64,000 nt of DNA from Tubiluchus corallicola. Lineage: Eukaryota; Animalia; Priapulida. The position numbers and the translations under genes are program-made. The stretch spans positions 1 through 64,000 of the forward strand of contig JAQGDQ010000101.1 of NCBI GenBank assembly GCA_030141605.1, read 5' to 3'. Positions 39,783 to 52,283 of the stretch are shown here, one piece after another (the first letter of the stretch is position 1; each line of letters opens with the position of its first letter). The notes beneath the pieces are model-generated. The model made no database searches and was not told where the DNA came from. It worked only from the letters and a program-made list of their open reading frames with translations.

Positions 39783-42700
39783 CTGTAAACATCACAGATT
39801 TAAGAACTTACAGGCAGTTGCAAAAACATTTGCAAACATCTTATAGTAGCACACAATATGAAAATTTTAAATACTGCAATTGAAATAATCCAGAATGCGA
39901 AACATTTGGCAAAAAGTACTGTGCAAGCGAGTAACTAGTAATAATAACCAAAAATTTGCCAACTGACTGCATGCTCCCAAATTTCAGAGCAAATCGTACG
40001 TGCGCTGAAAATATGTTATAATAACTGAAAGAGAACAATAACAACATCACGGGGAAAGAGACCTCTTTATGGATTATTTTGCAAGCGAGTATGCAGTGAT
40101 TACGATTATGAAAAAGCAGACATCTTAACACCGAGTGCATCAATACGATGTCATGACACAAACACAAAAACGAAAAGATATTTTTCTTAACAATTCAATT
40201 CTATTCAATTCTATTTTTATTTCGGTAACTAAGACCATATAAAATACAAAAACACTACTGCAGGCATACCTAAATTACAAGTGCGGTTAATGCTGTAATC
40301 AAGCGTATACGGCCATATGGGTGGGTCATTTTCCTTCGAAGAAATGGAAGAATCATAGACAAATCCCTCCTCCCACAACGTCCGAAACATGGCGTCGCCA
40401 TTGAAGCTGAGAAAAGGAGCTCTTGTCCCAGCAATGTTTTGCATGGATAGCTGCGCCAAATGAGCAATATTTTGTCTTTGTCCAGCCATTTCTTTTTTCC
40501 AGCGGTTCTGCCTATAGCGCTTCCATTCATGCGGTGGCGACTTGTGACTGAAAAAAATTATGCCAAGTTGTTTTACAATTTTCAACAAAAACTGCTACTG
40601 GTGGTAGAGGACATTGGGATGTGAGGCATACAACATACAGAAGCTTGACTTCCTAGTACGCTTAAACCAGAATCAACGTAAATCGGAAAGGTCAAATGAC
40701 TTACATGAATCGCTACTCTTCAGAGCCTTTTTATCTGAACTGATGTTATTTTACTTATTAAACAATGAACAACCTAATAAACTAGAATGCAAGCACGATT
40801 GTGCTTAAAACTGGCACGCAACAAGGTGCTTGGTTACGGAATTTCTACTGGAATAAAATAGAAATTTATTTTTGCTAGGATACGTAAAAACATAACGTTA
40901 TTTCCTTTACGGTCCAAATAGATGATTTCTTGTAAATTTAATAAATTTCAGATTCATGGGACGCTTTTATATTCATTCTTTTCATAAAAAGTAGAATACA
41001 TTAGAGTGGAAGAAACCACAACACAAAGTATAACGCAGAACCATTTAATAGGCGCGATCTATTCAACGGGCATATTCAATAGCCGTATTGGGAAGATGAA
41101 AAATCGGGCTCAGTTACGGTCTGTGCAATGGTCGGTGGGATCTTCACGCAAAATTTCACACTCTTGCGATCAAATCTGGGCCTTGCGAATAACTTTCAAA
41201 GATAAGTGTGAGAACACCATCACGGCGCCACCACCACCATCAACAACAACAACACGACCAAGCTTTAGGGATCCGGCACTTCGTCCGGATCCAAAAAGTA
41301 ATCTAACGCCATTAGTTTAGTTTTAAACTTCAATTTTGTCATCATCGGTAAATCCTATAAAGTTGTAGACACTAGACACTGCTATTCCAGTGCAGCACCA
41401 CTTCGAGTAATTGATTATAATTACTTTTATAATTTATAATGGCAATAGGGGAAATCCTCACCTGACAGAGTGTGAAGCCATCTCGTGTCCCGCGTGTGAC
41501 AGGTTCTGTACCAGACTGTAGCTCGTGTATGAGTGCGAAACAAAAAATGTCAGTTTTATTGGACAGCCATTCGGATTTCTTCTGCTGTCTATAATTCTCT
41601 GAAAGTGTTAATGCATTATTGTTCCTAGTGCTTTAAAGATGACATATATAGTTAATTTTGTACTGACCTCAATGGTTAGTTACAACTGTTACCATTTAAT
41701 TTCAACAGGTAGGTGATATTAGTATTAATTCACTAACGCAGTGCAATGGCCGTTTATTCTGTCCAGACTACCAACAGACAAGTAGATGTGTTGAAACTAA
41801 AAATAACATTAAAAATGGAAGAACGGATGCGATTGCAAAAACATAATAAGAATAGAAAAGATGACAATGTCAGTCACTTATTATAAAGCACGAAAAGAGT
41901 TCCAACGTGACTGATAGTAGAAAAACTTGCATTATAACATCATAACGTGAATAGAAAAAAGACCATCTGTTAAGGTTCATTATGTAACATTAAAGGTTAC
42001 ATTATGTAATAAATTTTGCATCACATTACATAACAGACATCTTTATTATCGTTATACAACATAACATTATTCACCAAAGCACAATTATACAAAACTTACA
42101 CAGGTTATGCGTTGAGTATCTGTCATAAACATTTCAAAAAATTTACCAGAATTCTATTACATTTTCGCAAAAAGTTAAATATTTACACAACTTTTGATGA
42201 AGTGTTTATAACTGGTACTCACTACATAACTTGTGTAACTTTTGTGTAACTGTGTTTTGACGACTAATGTTGCGTTTGATTTGTTTATCGTCCATGACGA
42301 AGCCCTTAGAATGGTGAAACACTAGGGTGTAAGACGATAACAAAAATGCCTGTTAAATGAGAGAGTGAACTAGTTGCTCATTACATAGCGTTCGTTGTGT
42401 AAAAAAACAATCCATTATGTAACAAACTAATGTCAATAAACAAACTAAACGATGGATGGTCGTGGTCAGTTTATATGTTATGACACGGTCTGGGTTTGCT
42501 TTAATTGTTGGACTAGGTCTGTTTCTTTCTGTCCTAGATGTTCATTTGACCACAGTTCGGTCTAGTCTAGTTTTCAGAGGTCTAGTCTGCCTAGGATTTA
42601 GCCTTCAGAGGTGAAGTCCTTGCTTGGTCTGACTAAGGTCTGGTCTTTAAAGGTCATCAAAAGATCCACGCAGACCAGATCTCTTAAAAGCAGACTCCAG

Positions 42701-45700
42701 ATAGACTAGTCACATACAAAACCACTGAAAGATTAGATTTAGATTTCACACAGATCAGACCCAGACAGACCAGCCACAGACAGAACATCTGAAGGCCAGA
42801 CCCAAGATAGATTAGTCCCCTGGCTGAAGACTAATCGGGCTCCAAACAGAAATAACTGCGGACCAGATTAGATCAAACCGCAGTTAGAACAAAAAGAAAC
42901 TGAACAAGTCCAATAATTAAAGCAAAGTCCGACCGTGACAACGCCTATCCACAGACATTACCTGCATTACTAACCTGCAATACTTTGTTACATAATGTCG
43001 CATCTAATGCTACACGATAATGCCTAATGAGCGTTTCATTACATAATAAACCTTAACGCCAGCATTAGGCCAAACTGTAATTATTATGCAACGAGTAGTG
43101 ATACAAACGAAATAAAATCATTTACTTTGTAAATATTTTCATAAGCGTGACTTGTGACCGCATCGTCAAAAGTTAACATGACGAATTGTGGAGTTTGTTC
43201 TGGCTTTAATCCCCCTGGTATGTCCGTGCCAATACATCGACAATTTGGAAGCTCGCACTGGTTAAAATTGCACGGTGTGGCAACTTCTAAAATGATACGT
43301 GAAAAGTTACCATTTAGCAAAATGTACCACATCAACGGAAATTCCAAATACTAAAAAACTGCCTTAAGTAAATTAATTTAGGATTTTATCTTTTTCTTTT
43401 GTTTTGAATCCCTCACTGCAATACATATAGTTGAAGTTCTACATGTGAATCACTTTTGAACTTTAAACCAACCCTCTATATTGAGAAAAATACGGCAAGA
43501 TTGGCTATAAAAAATATTAAAACGATTGAATAGTATTCTGGCCAATATATACTGAAGTACTGAAAGGACTATTAACTAAAATAAATTAAAGGAAACATTT
43601 TCGCAGCTAGTTCTGCCTGAAATTTTTGGAACTTAAATTTGTTGAGCTAGATAACACTTTTATCTACACAGTTGTGTGCATTTTGGTTGGTTTAGTTCTA
43701 TTGCAAAATAGAAATGCTGTCCCAGTACCGGTTTGTGGAAATTAATTGCAACACCAATGCTTTTTTCTTCTGAATCAGTATGTTGCGTAGTATTCCAGAA
43801 AAATTCCTTCTAACGAATTGGGTTGAGGAAAATTTTTTGGACCAGTTGAATTTTAGCCCCAGCCGAGCATTTGAAAATGGAAAAGTAAGTTAGCAATTGA
43901 TTTATTTCGTAAGGTCTCTGTTGAAATACCGCACTGAAACTTTGCTTATTTGTAGCTTAACAATAATGGGATAAGCTTTCAATGAATTCCACATTTTCTG
44001 ATGGCGTCATTGATTAAACATGCTGCCCTCAAAGCTGTGCAGTAGGAATCATGATTAAAAATGGACCAGTGCCATTCACAAAATTGTGTCGAAGGAAGGT
44101 CCTCCAGGCATTTTTTACCTGCGACTCGAGTCTTTTCAAGATACAATGGAAACAGTTGTCACCTTAATATTTTAGAAATCTGGCTCAGTGACTAAATAAT
44201 TTACTGTTTAAATGACGGTATTCATTTTTGATACCAATATGGCTGCCATATTGCATATTTAATTTTAGTTGTCATAAATTCATTAAAATAACATCCCGTT
44301 ATTGTTAAATTGACAGTGTGTAAACAGACAGTGTGTGCAAACACTCATTAAACTTGCTTGACGAAACACTAAAAATAAAGTCTTTGCTTTAAAAAAATGT
44401 ATTAGGTCAAGGCCTTAAATGCCACTTACTCAGTTCTTGAGATAAGTTTCTTTGGACAACAGTTTCGTAGTCGCCGAGGTCTTGCAACACTGGCATTACG
44501 TTTGGGTCGTTTGGTAAATCTTCTAGCTGTTGTAACTCTGTTTCGTCTTCTTTTAAATTTGCTACGTTCGGCGAAAACTTTGCTGATTTCTCTGGTAAAT
44601 GTGCCTCACTTGCAGTGGTTTTTCTAATGGCTGTGATTGGTGCTAGCTTCCCCCCGCTGGTAGCTGCTTGTTCAGGTGCAGGTAGTTTTTGGTCTGCCAA
44701 TGAATGCATCTGAATGTGAGGTTTTGTTTTAGTTAAAGATCGCTCTGTGTACGTGATATTTAGAGGTTTATAAGGTAAGCGTTGATTGAAAGAATTTATT
44801 TTCATTAAGGTGTTTGTAGAATTAGCTTTGGTTGTGTAGAAGTGTTTTGCGTAATTGAATATATCAGCATATGGGTCAGCTGTTCTAGATCTTGCAGATA
44901 AATGAGGCAAAGAGGTATTAAAGTTACGTCTTGGCAGGTCAAGTGTTGCTCTTTGTAGATTTCGCCCTTCACCAAGAAAGTCATTTTCTTCGTTTACATC
45001 TTCTGACTTTATTCTCGCGTCCTTTAGCGATTCTAATACTTTGTCGTCTATCAATAATCCATCTAACGGTACCTCTGGATCAGTTTTGAACGGTGGCTTT
45101 ATGACTGCAGACGAATAACCATATTCTGAGAACGTTGTTTTATCTAAGGGTTGGTTTTTCTGTCGTCCTGTATTTGATAAGGCAGCAAGTACTGTCGATA
45201 ATTCCATGGTAGTTTTTGCTACTGCAGTTGTAGATGATGAAGCAGATGATATTGTAACTGGCTGAAGCATTTTACGCGTTTGTCTGCAGTCTACGTTTAT
45301 TGGGAAATCACAACTCTCAGTATCCACGTTCCATAGGAGTTCGCCGGGACATTTGAATTGCAGGACCTTTTCTCGTGGTAAACACCAATAAAATGCCTAA
45401 AAATAATTTATTGAAAATTGGTTAATGGTTAACTAATACGCAGGCCGTAAACACCGAGTTCTGAAATGTAATATATGTCACCTAACGGATTAGAAATGTT
45501 CAGACTTTAACAGCATTAAAGTAGGCTAAATTAGCTAAAACGAAGGATGAAGCAAGATATTTTTTGATCAGAAGATATTAAGTATAAGCATCTTAACTTA
45601 GTTAAGATGTCTAGCTAAAGTTACTAAACCTACTTACACAAAGGTCACAGATCATAATAATTATTGCTACGATGATATTATTTCAGCGAACATACAACAG

Positions 45701-48700
45701 CGAAGAAGCAGATAGTATGATGATGACAAGAAATACGTATAATTACTATTTTCCCGTGAGATTTTGAAATTTATCGATACTAGCGATGTAGCACTAGTAA
45801 TGTGGCACTCAACCACTGTAAACTTGAACTAAGGTGATGCAATGTATATATGTTTTTATCATATACTGTTGGGGACACAACGACACTAACAGTTACACAG
45901 TTGCTTAATTTTTGTAGCTAAGTATTCTCTTTGTCGTCTTTGCAACTCTCCCTCTTTGGCCTCTCTGTCAGCTTGTCATTATTTAGGTACTGCATGTAAT
46001 GCTTATATTTTTCAATAAGCAGTCCACAACATATCAGTATCTTGGTAAATTAATTAGTTTGTCATTATAAATTTGACATTAAGTTTTTGTTGTGTTTGAT
46101 TGACTTCATGGGACGCACTTTTATTATAATGAATCACCATGTTTGTAAAAGACTAAAGCGAGTTTTTATTGAAATTGAAATGCTTAAAAAGTAGGTTTTA
46201 GAAAAGTCGCCTTAAGAAATTATATTGCTTTATAGCAATTTTATGCGTATGTTGTATTCGCGTTGAAAGGATTTTTTGTTTGTTTTCATTTTAAACTTCC
46301 CACAACACTGTTCCGACGGTGCCATTATATGACATCACTTACGCAAACGTAAATCAGGGGAATTAAAGTACATGTTAAACTATGTCCCAAAAGCTTTCCA
46401 TGCAAAATTATATTACTTAGCATTTCGCTTACCAGCTTGAAAGACTTATGTAACTAGAAAAGAAAATTATTCATTATTTAAAGTGCTTTCACCAATTGGT
46501 AAAATGTCGCTGACTCACCCTCCAGGGTGCACCAATCACACCAACCAAAAACGTATTTTAATCTTATTGACAAGATACAGTAATTTTAAATTTTACTTAG
46601 TTAGTGACGTGTGCGCTGCGAATGCTCTGATTATTTTTTTAAACTTTACAGAATATTATCTAAACTTGTTTCAAATGACTTATCATCAAAATGGCTGCGT
46701 CTAACGGTCATCACGGGAGTTTGAATTTACATGTTTTATACAGCGTTATTGCCGAAGTAAGTCTAATATGTAAGTGGTATGAAATTTCAAGACGAATTTT
46801 CTAAGCTTTATGAGGGTTTTCTTGTGCTTTAACAAATTGTAAAAGCGTCTCTGTCAAATCAGTTGATCTTTTCAAGCATTAAGTTTATGAATAACCATTT
46901 AAATAATATTCATACTACACTGTTGTAGGAAAAAATTTAATTTTTTTTAATTAGCAACCGATTTATAGATAAATCGCTGATCCTGGTTGTAAAGGAAATG
47001 TTTGACAAAATTCAGCACCATTACTGGACAGAATTAAAGGGTGAAACCGCAACAGGTTACGTTCATTTGTAGTCGCCCGTAGATTTAGATTGGTCGGCTG
47101 GCTCACTCAGGTTTGCCTCAAAAATATTCTTGTCTGTGTGATGGCTTTATGAGGAAACGGGTAGCACAGACGCGCACTAAGTTACCCGTCTTAACGTGAC
47201 ACATCTACGTGTTTTTTGGGATTACATAATAACGTTAACGCGCGAAAACAACACTAAATCGGAAATTCTGAAATTGTTTTGCATCTCCGCTGGAAATTAA
47301 AATAAAGACTTTTTGCTTTCCGGCCAGTGCTCACAGAGCCACAAGCTCTGACTTTTCAGACACAGAAATTTCACTGCCACTAGAGGCAGGGCCGGATTAT
47401 TTTCTACGCTAGTATAGATTGCAGCCTAGTGTCCCTCAAGCTTTGGTAAAAAATTGTTTTTCTCCACGTTTGTGTTGAAGTTTGTGCTAATTTGCTTTAC
47501 AATAAGTAGTAATTATTATGGTATTTATCAAAGAATATTTTTATAGACAAATAAAAGATAGCCTACTAGCTTTTTTAAATAGTTTGCAATAAGTTTACTT
47601 CAAGCTATGTAAATGTCGCTAAAATATAAGGAAATTATGTCGCTAAAATATCGAGGAAAACATAATTAAGATGGGCGAGCTAGAGGGTGGTTCCGTCTGA
47701 GAGGGCCCCATAATTTCATTAACATAGAGGTCTTAAAGGGTCATAATCCGCTTCTGACTAGAGGTCTATGTTAAAGCAGTTTATCTTTATTTTCAAAGCG
47801 CTGTTGAGATGAGGTGATACCACCACTATCCTATGCCCACAAAGTGATCATGAAAATCTATAACAAGGTGAAGGATTGTCACCAAAAACCGTTTTCACTT
47901 TTTACGAATACATAATAGCAATGTGATAACAAAACTTTCTTCGAAACCAGAACTGACAGGAAAAAATGCAACATAACAACAGTGAAGTAAAAAAGCAGAA
48001 GCTAAAAATGGCGGGTTCAAATTTCTCTCCTGCTTTTAAATGTTTATATTACTTTTTTCTTCTTTGTTGAGTGTCACTGGTCTTTCATTGTTAATGACTT
48101 GGTGATCGGTATGATAGGTATAATCCTTCCATGCTTGAACAGCGCATGCGTGAACCATTGTTGAACCCACTTGACACCACGGACCATGTAGAAACCATGG
48201 ACCCAGTAAAGCCATGTAGTATCTTGCGGGTCATCGTTATGGTCCATTTCGCATGCTGCTGATCTGTATACCAACATAAAAAATTTCGTACAGTACAAAC
48301 AAGTTGACCGAACCAAAAACGTTGCCGTTAATTTGATATTATCTAAAAATGAATAGGTCAAGGATATGCTGGGTACAGCGGTAAATTTCATTGAACATCT
48401 ATTTCACTTCTTAAGTGCTATACACAATAATACGCGACAATGTCTGTCGTATCAGTTTCTCGTCTAAATTAAAGTGCCCAAAAAACGTTTGTGCTCAGCG
48501 ATAATACCTTGCAATCATTTTCATCGTATGTAATGCTGGAAGACGACTCTCTACATCTTCTCTTTTGGTCAGTGTCATTACTGTCTCCTGTTGGACTAAC
48601 ACAAGGCAAAAACACTGAAATAATGGAAAAGGTATTATGAATGATAACATATATACCTTCGTTGTTACATAATGTACGTATTTTATTGTGCTGTTAGTTG

Positions 48701-49611
48701 GTTAGTCACGCTCTATGCTTAGTGAAAATAAGTTAAGTAATTATGGTCTTGTTAGTAAATGAATGAGTAATCGCCAGAAAATCATTTTTTGTCACCTGTT
48801 TATCTGGTTAATTGTGGTGCATCCGAACATCACCATAGTACCTCTGAAGTGCAATGTGTTCATATGCCACATCATGTTGTTTATGTTTAGTATCAAAATT
48901 TAATTAAGTATTTGGTTATATCACTATTAATACTAGTCTTGATATTAAGATTATAACAACTAAAAATTAATTATCCCATAGAAATTTCAGGTTCAAATTA
49001 ATCAAAAATAAAAACAGTAATCTGCTTATTTAGAATCACTCTTTCGTGAGCGTTCTATCATTGGAAATGCTGAACTTGATTGGCCAGTTATAATTAAGTA
49101 ATGATCCGATCCCTCACCGTCTTGATCGCTGAAGGATACGGTAGCCCAAGTGGTTTAAATGTCTGCTTTGTAAGCAGAATTCCTATTGTTCAAATCCAGC
49201 CTGTGTCCTAACCTTTCACATGCCTGCTTTTCAAATTTGGTATGAAAATTTGTGGATTTGCACAAACACCACCATCAGTATAATAAAAATAATAGGCCTG
49301 CAGTTGAGTGCTGGATATCTGCTTGAAACCCAACTGAGAAAATGATGATAATGTTATTGCTGTTACTTTAGCAAGCATATTACAACAACGGTGATTGTGG
49401 TCAAAGCATGGTCAAAACTGCCGCTGTTACACACCGGCAAACGATAATGATATCATGATGATAATGATAATGATGATGATGGCGATGACGACGACAATGA
49501 TGATGGCCCATGCTTCGCTGTGGCATTATTAACTTTGTTATTATCACTGTTGTATTTTCTGATGAAAAAAAGAAAATATTTAAAAGAAAGAACTGCAAAA
49601 AACCCGGTGAC

Positions 49612-49648
<37 letters not shown>

Positions 49649-49930
49649 AAAGCGAGAGTGAGAGAAAGAGAACGAAAGAGAGAGAAAAGGAAAGCGAGAG
49701 TGAGAGAAAGAGAACGAAAGAGAGAGAAAAGGAAAGCGAGAGTGAAAGAAAGAAAGAGAGAGAGAGACAGAAAGAGAGAATCGCTGAAAAACAGAATGAG
49801 AAAGAATGGGGAAAACGAACAAGAATGGGGCAGAAGAGGAAGAAGCAACTTCGAGGGAAGAGAATAGGAGTGAATATTTTGACTTACCTGCTAATATAAA
49901 GCAGCGATGCAACCAACAACTTGTCATCAT
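39292..49930 (-). CDS. Chitin deacetylase, whole gene (signal peptide + ChtBD2/CBM14 + long S/T/P-rich linker + polysaccharide deacetylase domain; resembles insect group IV/CDA5 architecture), 7 exons, 727 aa
   Basis: Exons 49930-49888, 48614-48508, 45396-44430, 43286-43126, 41598-41462, 40547-40270, 39782-39292. All introns are GT-AG and phase-compatible; total 2184 nt = 727 codons plus stop. Catalytic motifs TFDD, HSVSH, RAPFL, YDSS, LFLH are present. Confidence 0.92.
40270..40547 (-). CDS. Chitin deacetylase exon 6 (RAPFL, YDSS motifs)
   Basis: HKSPPHEW...GTRAPFLSF...[10 protein letters not shown]...[10 protein letters not shown]; tttttcag acceptor, G|GTATG donor. Confidence 0.93.
41040..41297 (+). 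mobile_element. Helentron-associated (HINE/DINE-1-like) element 3' end
   Basis: (CAC)n(CAA)n run followed by GC-rich stem-loop GGATCCGG-cacttcgt-CCGGATCC (41269-41292) and an A run; left boundary approximate. Confidence 0.55.
41462..41598 (-). CDS. Chitin deacetylase exon 5 (absent from the ORF track)
   Basis: [46 protein letters not shown]; tttcag acceptor, AG|GTGAG donor. Confidence 0.93.
41969..43056. mobile_element. Inverted-repeat element with nested insertions (chitin deacetylase intron 4)
   Basis: GTTAAGGTTCATTATGTAAC / CATTACATAATAAACCTTAAC with repeated ATTATGTAA/TTACATAAT subunits. Confidence 0.6.
42481..42940. mobile_element. Foldback element (GGTCT-rich left half, AGACC-rich right half)
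   Basis: TGACACGGTCTGGGTTTGCTTTAATTGTTGGACT versus AGTCCAATAATTAAAGCAAAGTCCGACCGTGACA. Confidence 0.75.
43126..43286 (-). CDS. Chitin deacetylase exon 4 (motif 1 TFDD)
   Basis: [40 protein letters not shown] with AG/GT boundaries. Confidence 0.93.
44430..45396 (-). CDS. Chitin deacetylase exon 3 (rest of ChtBD2 plus long low-complexity linker)
   Basis: ttttag acceptor; [37 protein letters not shown] completes a six-Cys peritrophin-A pattern; frame continues as ORF 44407-45327; donor GTAAGT at 44429. Confidence 0.9.
47387..47756. mobile_element. hAT-type MITE family B, copy 3 (chitin deacetylase intron 2)
   Basis: CAGGGCCGGATTA...TAATCCGCTTCTG with perfect 8-bp TSD ACTAGAGG. Confidence 0.9.
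48508..48614 (-). CDS. Chitin deacetylase exon 2 (end of signal peptide, first two Cys of ChtBD2)
   Basis: tttcag acceptor, AAG|GTATT donor; encodes [35 protein letters not shown]. Confidence 0.85.
48945..49250 (+). mobile_element. Interspersed repeat with an internal tRNA-like module, copy 2
   Basis: GGTAGCCCAAGTGGTTTAA..TCTGCTTTGTAAGCAGA..GTTCAAATCC; shares CATTGGAAATGCTGAA and GCTTTTCAAATTTGGTATGAAAA with copy 1. Confidence 0.65.
49616..49780. repeat. Purine-rich (AG)n tract with a 42-bp tandem duplication
   Basis: AAGGAAAGCGAGAGTGAGAGAAAGAGAACGAAAGAGAGAGAA repeated about 2.4 times. Confidence 0.9.
49888..49930 (-). CDS. Chitin deacetylase exon 1 (start, signal peptide [14 protein letters not shown])
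   Basis: ATG at 49930; strong donor CAG|GTAAGT; phase 1 joins exon 2 to give ...[12 protein letters not shown]. Confidence 0.75.
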
Positions 49931-50871
49931 CAGTAACTCTTCAATGTATTTGATGAAATGATCTGGTTATTACGAGGAAGATAAAGATCGGCCAAACACT
50001 TTACAACTAAATGCCGAAAGACGTTCTGTTCCAGTAATTTCTTTCTTATTGTTAGTTTGGTCACGTATCATAGCGAGAAGTGATTATTCCAGAACATCGT
50101 AAAATAGGTCAACTTCTCTTCTTTTTGTAACTCAAGGCAGAAAACGTACATGTGACTATCAAGTGTCAAGTCGAGTGCAGAGTTTTCGCTCGGTACGCTC
50201 GCAGAGATAAGCATAATTTTATGTAATAGTTTTCTACAACAAGTATTATTATGTGCATCAGGGGTAATGTAATGTTATGTACCACGTACTTTCACTACAA
50301 GCGAAATACTGGTACAAGATTTAAAATGTTATTTCTGAAAAGCCTAATCATTGCAATTCTTTTTTAATTCTTTTGTTTTATTCGTTATTCCGCATCAGTA
50401 GCTATGCTGTCAGTCCTTAACGAATTTGGCTTATAACAACGGATTGTAACGTTGCGTCTTTTTATTTCTTTGTAAAGGGATTTTTTATTAAATAATTCCA
50501 AAGCGGCGTGTATATGTATATATATATATATATATATATACATTTATATATACAAATAAAATATTTCTAATAATAATAACAACAGCAACAATAATAAAAT
50601 AATAATAATAATTTTATTGCATAAAATCAACATAAAAAGACTCTTTTGGGGTACAAACATTTAAAATTCACAAATAATCTACGAAACGTTTTTGAAAAAA
50701 CACAATAACGTAAACGTTATAATTACACAAATAAAACTGTTACTGCATTCTGAAAACATAAGTCACGTACTAACAGCTTTCCTCCGTAGTAAGGGTTTCA
50801 GAAAATGACTGCGTCTCCCTGCACCGAAGACACCATACAGCAATAAACAAAAACAAAGTAATCCAAAAGAG

Positions 50872-51094
50872 AGCTGATTCTACTAGGTAGCGCCCTTGCT
50901 TTCACTCGGGAAGTCGCGGGTTCAACTTCAGGCCGAGTCATACCAAAAAGTATAAAAATGGTACCGCTGGTTCTTAGACCAAGCACGCAGTTTTATCGAA
51001 ATAATATGCGGGTAATAATAATTGGGAGAAGCTTGGAAATGAGTATTGAGTTGCTTAAAGGTGTTATCCCTACCTGGACTATGCCCTAAACGAA

Positions 51095-51139
<45 letters not shown>
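50872..51139 (+). mobile_element. tRNA-derived SINE with (ATT)n tail
   Basis: tRNA-like head (TAGGTAGCGC...CGCGGGTTCAACTTC), body GGCCGAGTCATACCAAAAAGTATAAAAATGGTACC, (ATT)n tail at 51097-51139. Confidence 0.75.
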
Positions 51140-52136
51140 TAATTATGAGTAAAGAACACTTATCTTAATATCTTGTACTTCCGTTATTTGCGGTTCCAAG
51201 GGCCTTGAAGAGACAGGACTACGATTCATATTGGTTTCTCAATGAAAATGGTACGATGACTCATTTCCCGAAGAACTTTTTTTGATTTTTTGTCAGAAAT
51301 AAGAGAAGGAATAGAATTTTAGAAAACAAATTAAATAAGAAATATCAGAACGATTAAATGCATAGGTACCTTATGCCCATATCTGCAGTGTGATAAAACC
51401 CAGTATTCAAATAATAGCAAGATATCTAAACTTCTTTTATACATTCTATCATAGACGCATTAGTCTGATTTCTTTTTTTTGCTCGACAAAGCTGTTGTTC
51501 AATTTTATCAGGTATGGGAATTAACGTGAAATAAATAAGCCAAAACTCTAATATGCATTGACGATATCCAAGCCGAAGTTTGTCCGATCGCACGTACTTC
51601 AAAAGGAATGCAAACTAACTGAGGATCAAATTTCTAATGTATCTCTAGCCGTTGGATATTTTGAATATAATAGAAGCAAGAGATTTCTTTTTTGTAACTT
51701 GACTGAATTAAATGAAGCTTTAACGTTTCTTTTGGCGAATTATTGCTTACAAATTTTTTTGGCGTTTTATGTGTAATTTTTGAGGTTAATAGTTGTTATT
51801 TCTGTCTCTTTATTGTTTTTCGTTGTATAGTTTTGTGTGTACTGTACTGTAAATATGTAACTAATTAAATAGGTAAATATTACTAAAATACGGTGTGACT
51901 TTGTTATATTAATATATATTTATGTACGAATAATTAATTAATTAAAAAATATGTTTATAGCTGCTTGCGATAATTTCTAAATATGGGGAGCTGTCATCCT
52001 TTGACCTCCTGGTAAGCAGGTGTATTAGCTATTTTTATACACAAACTTCTGCATGGCATTGCATGAAGCGGTTTGTTTAACTATATGATTTAACAGTTCA
52101 CGGGGGTCTATATAATGTTTTGGTCCTTCATTTCAG

Positions 52137-52283
52137 GTGGTTTGTTTGATACACCTAACCTAGCATTAGAAGAAGCCATGAACAAAGCCATGAGAGAGGT
52201 TAATGCAAGAACCAGTCGAATGTTTCTGAAAAATATCACTTCTCGTCTACGTTGGCGTGATAGTTTTGAAGCTCAAAGAAAAA
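52137..52283 (+). CDS. iGluR ATD exon (GGLFD...DSFEAQRK), absent from the ORF track
   Basis: tttcag acceptor, GTGAAT donor, phase 1-1. Confidence 0.85.

Noticed and set aside
44407-45327. 306-aa ORF as a standalone gene
   Set aside because: It is internal exon 3 of the chitin deacetylase; the GTG start is not real and splice sites join it in phase on both sides.
49401-49867. Overlapping His-rich, RE-rich and LS-rich ORFs
   Set aside because: Simple repeats in chitin deacetylase intron 1.
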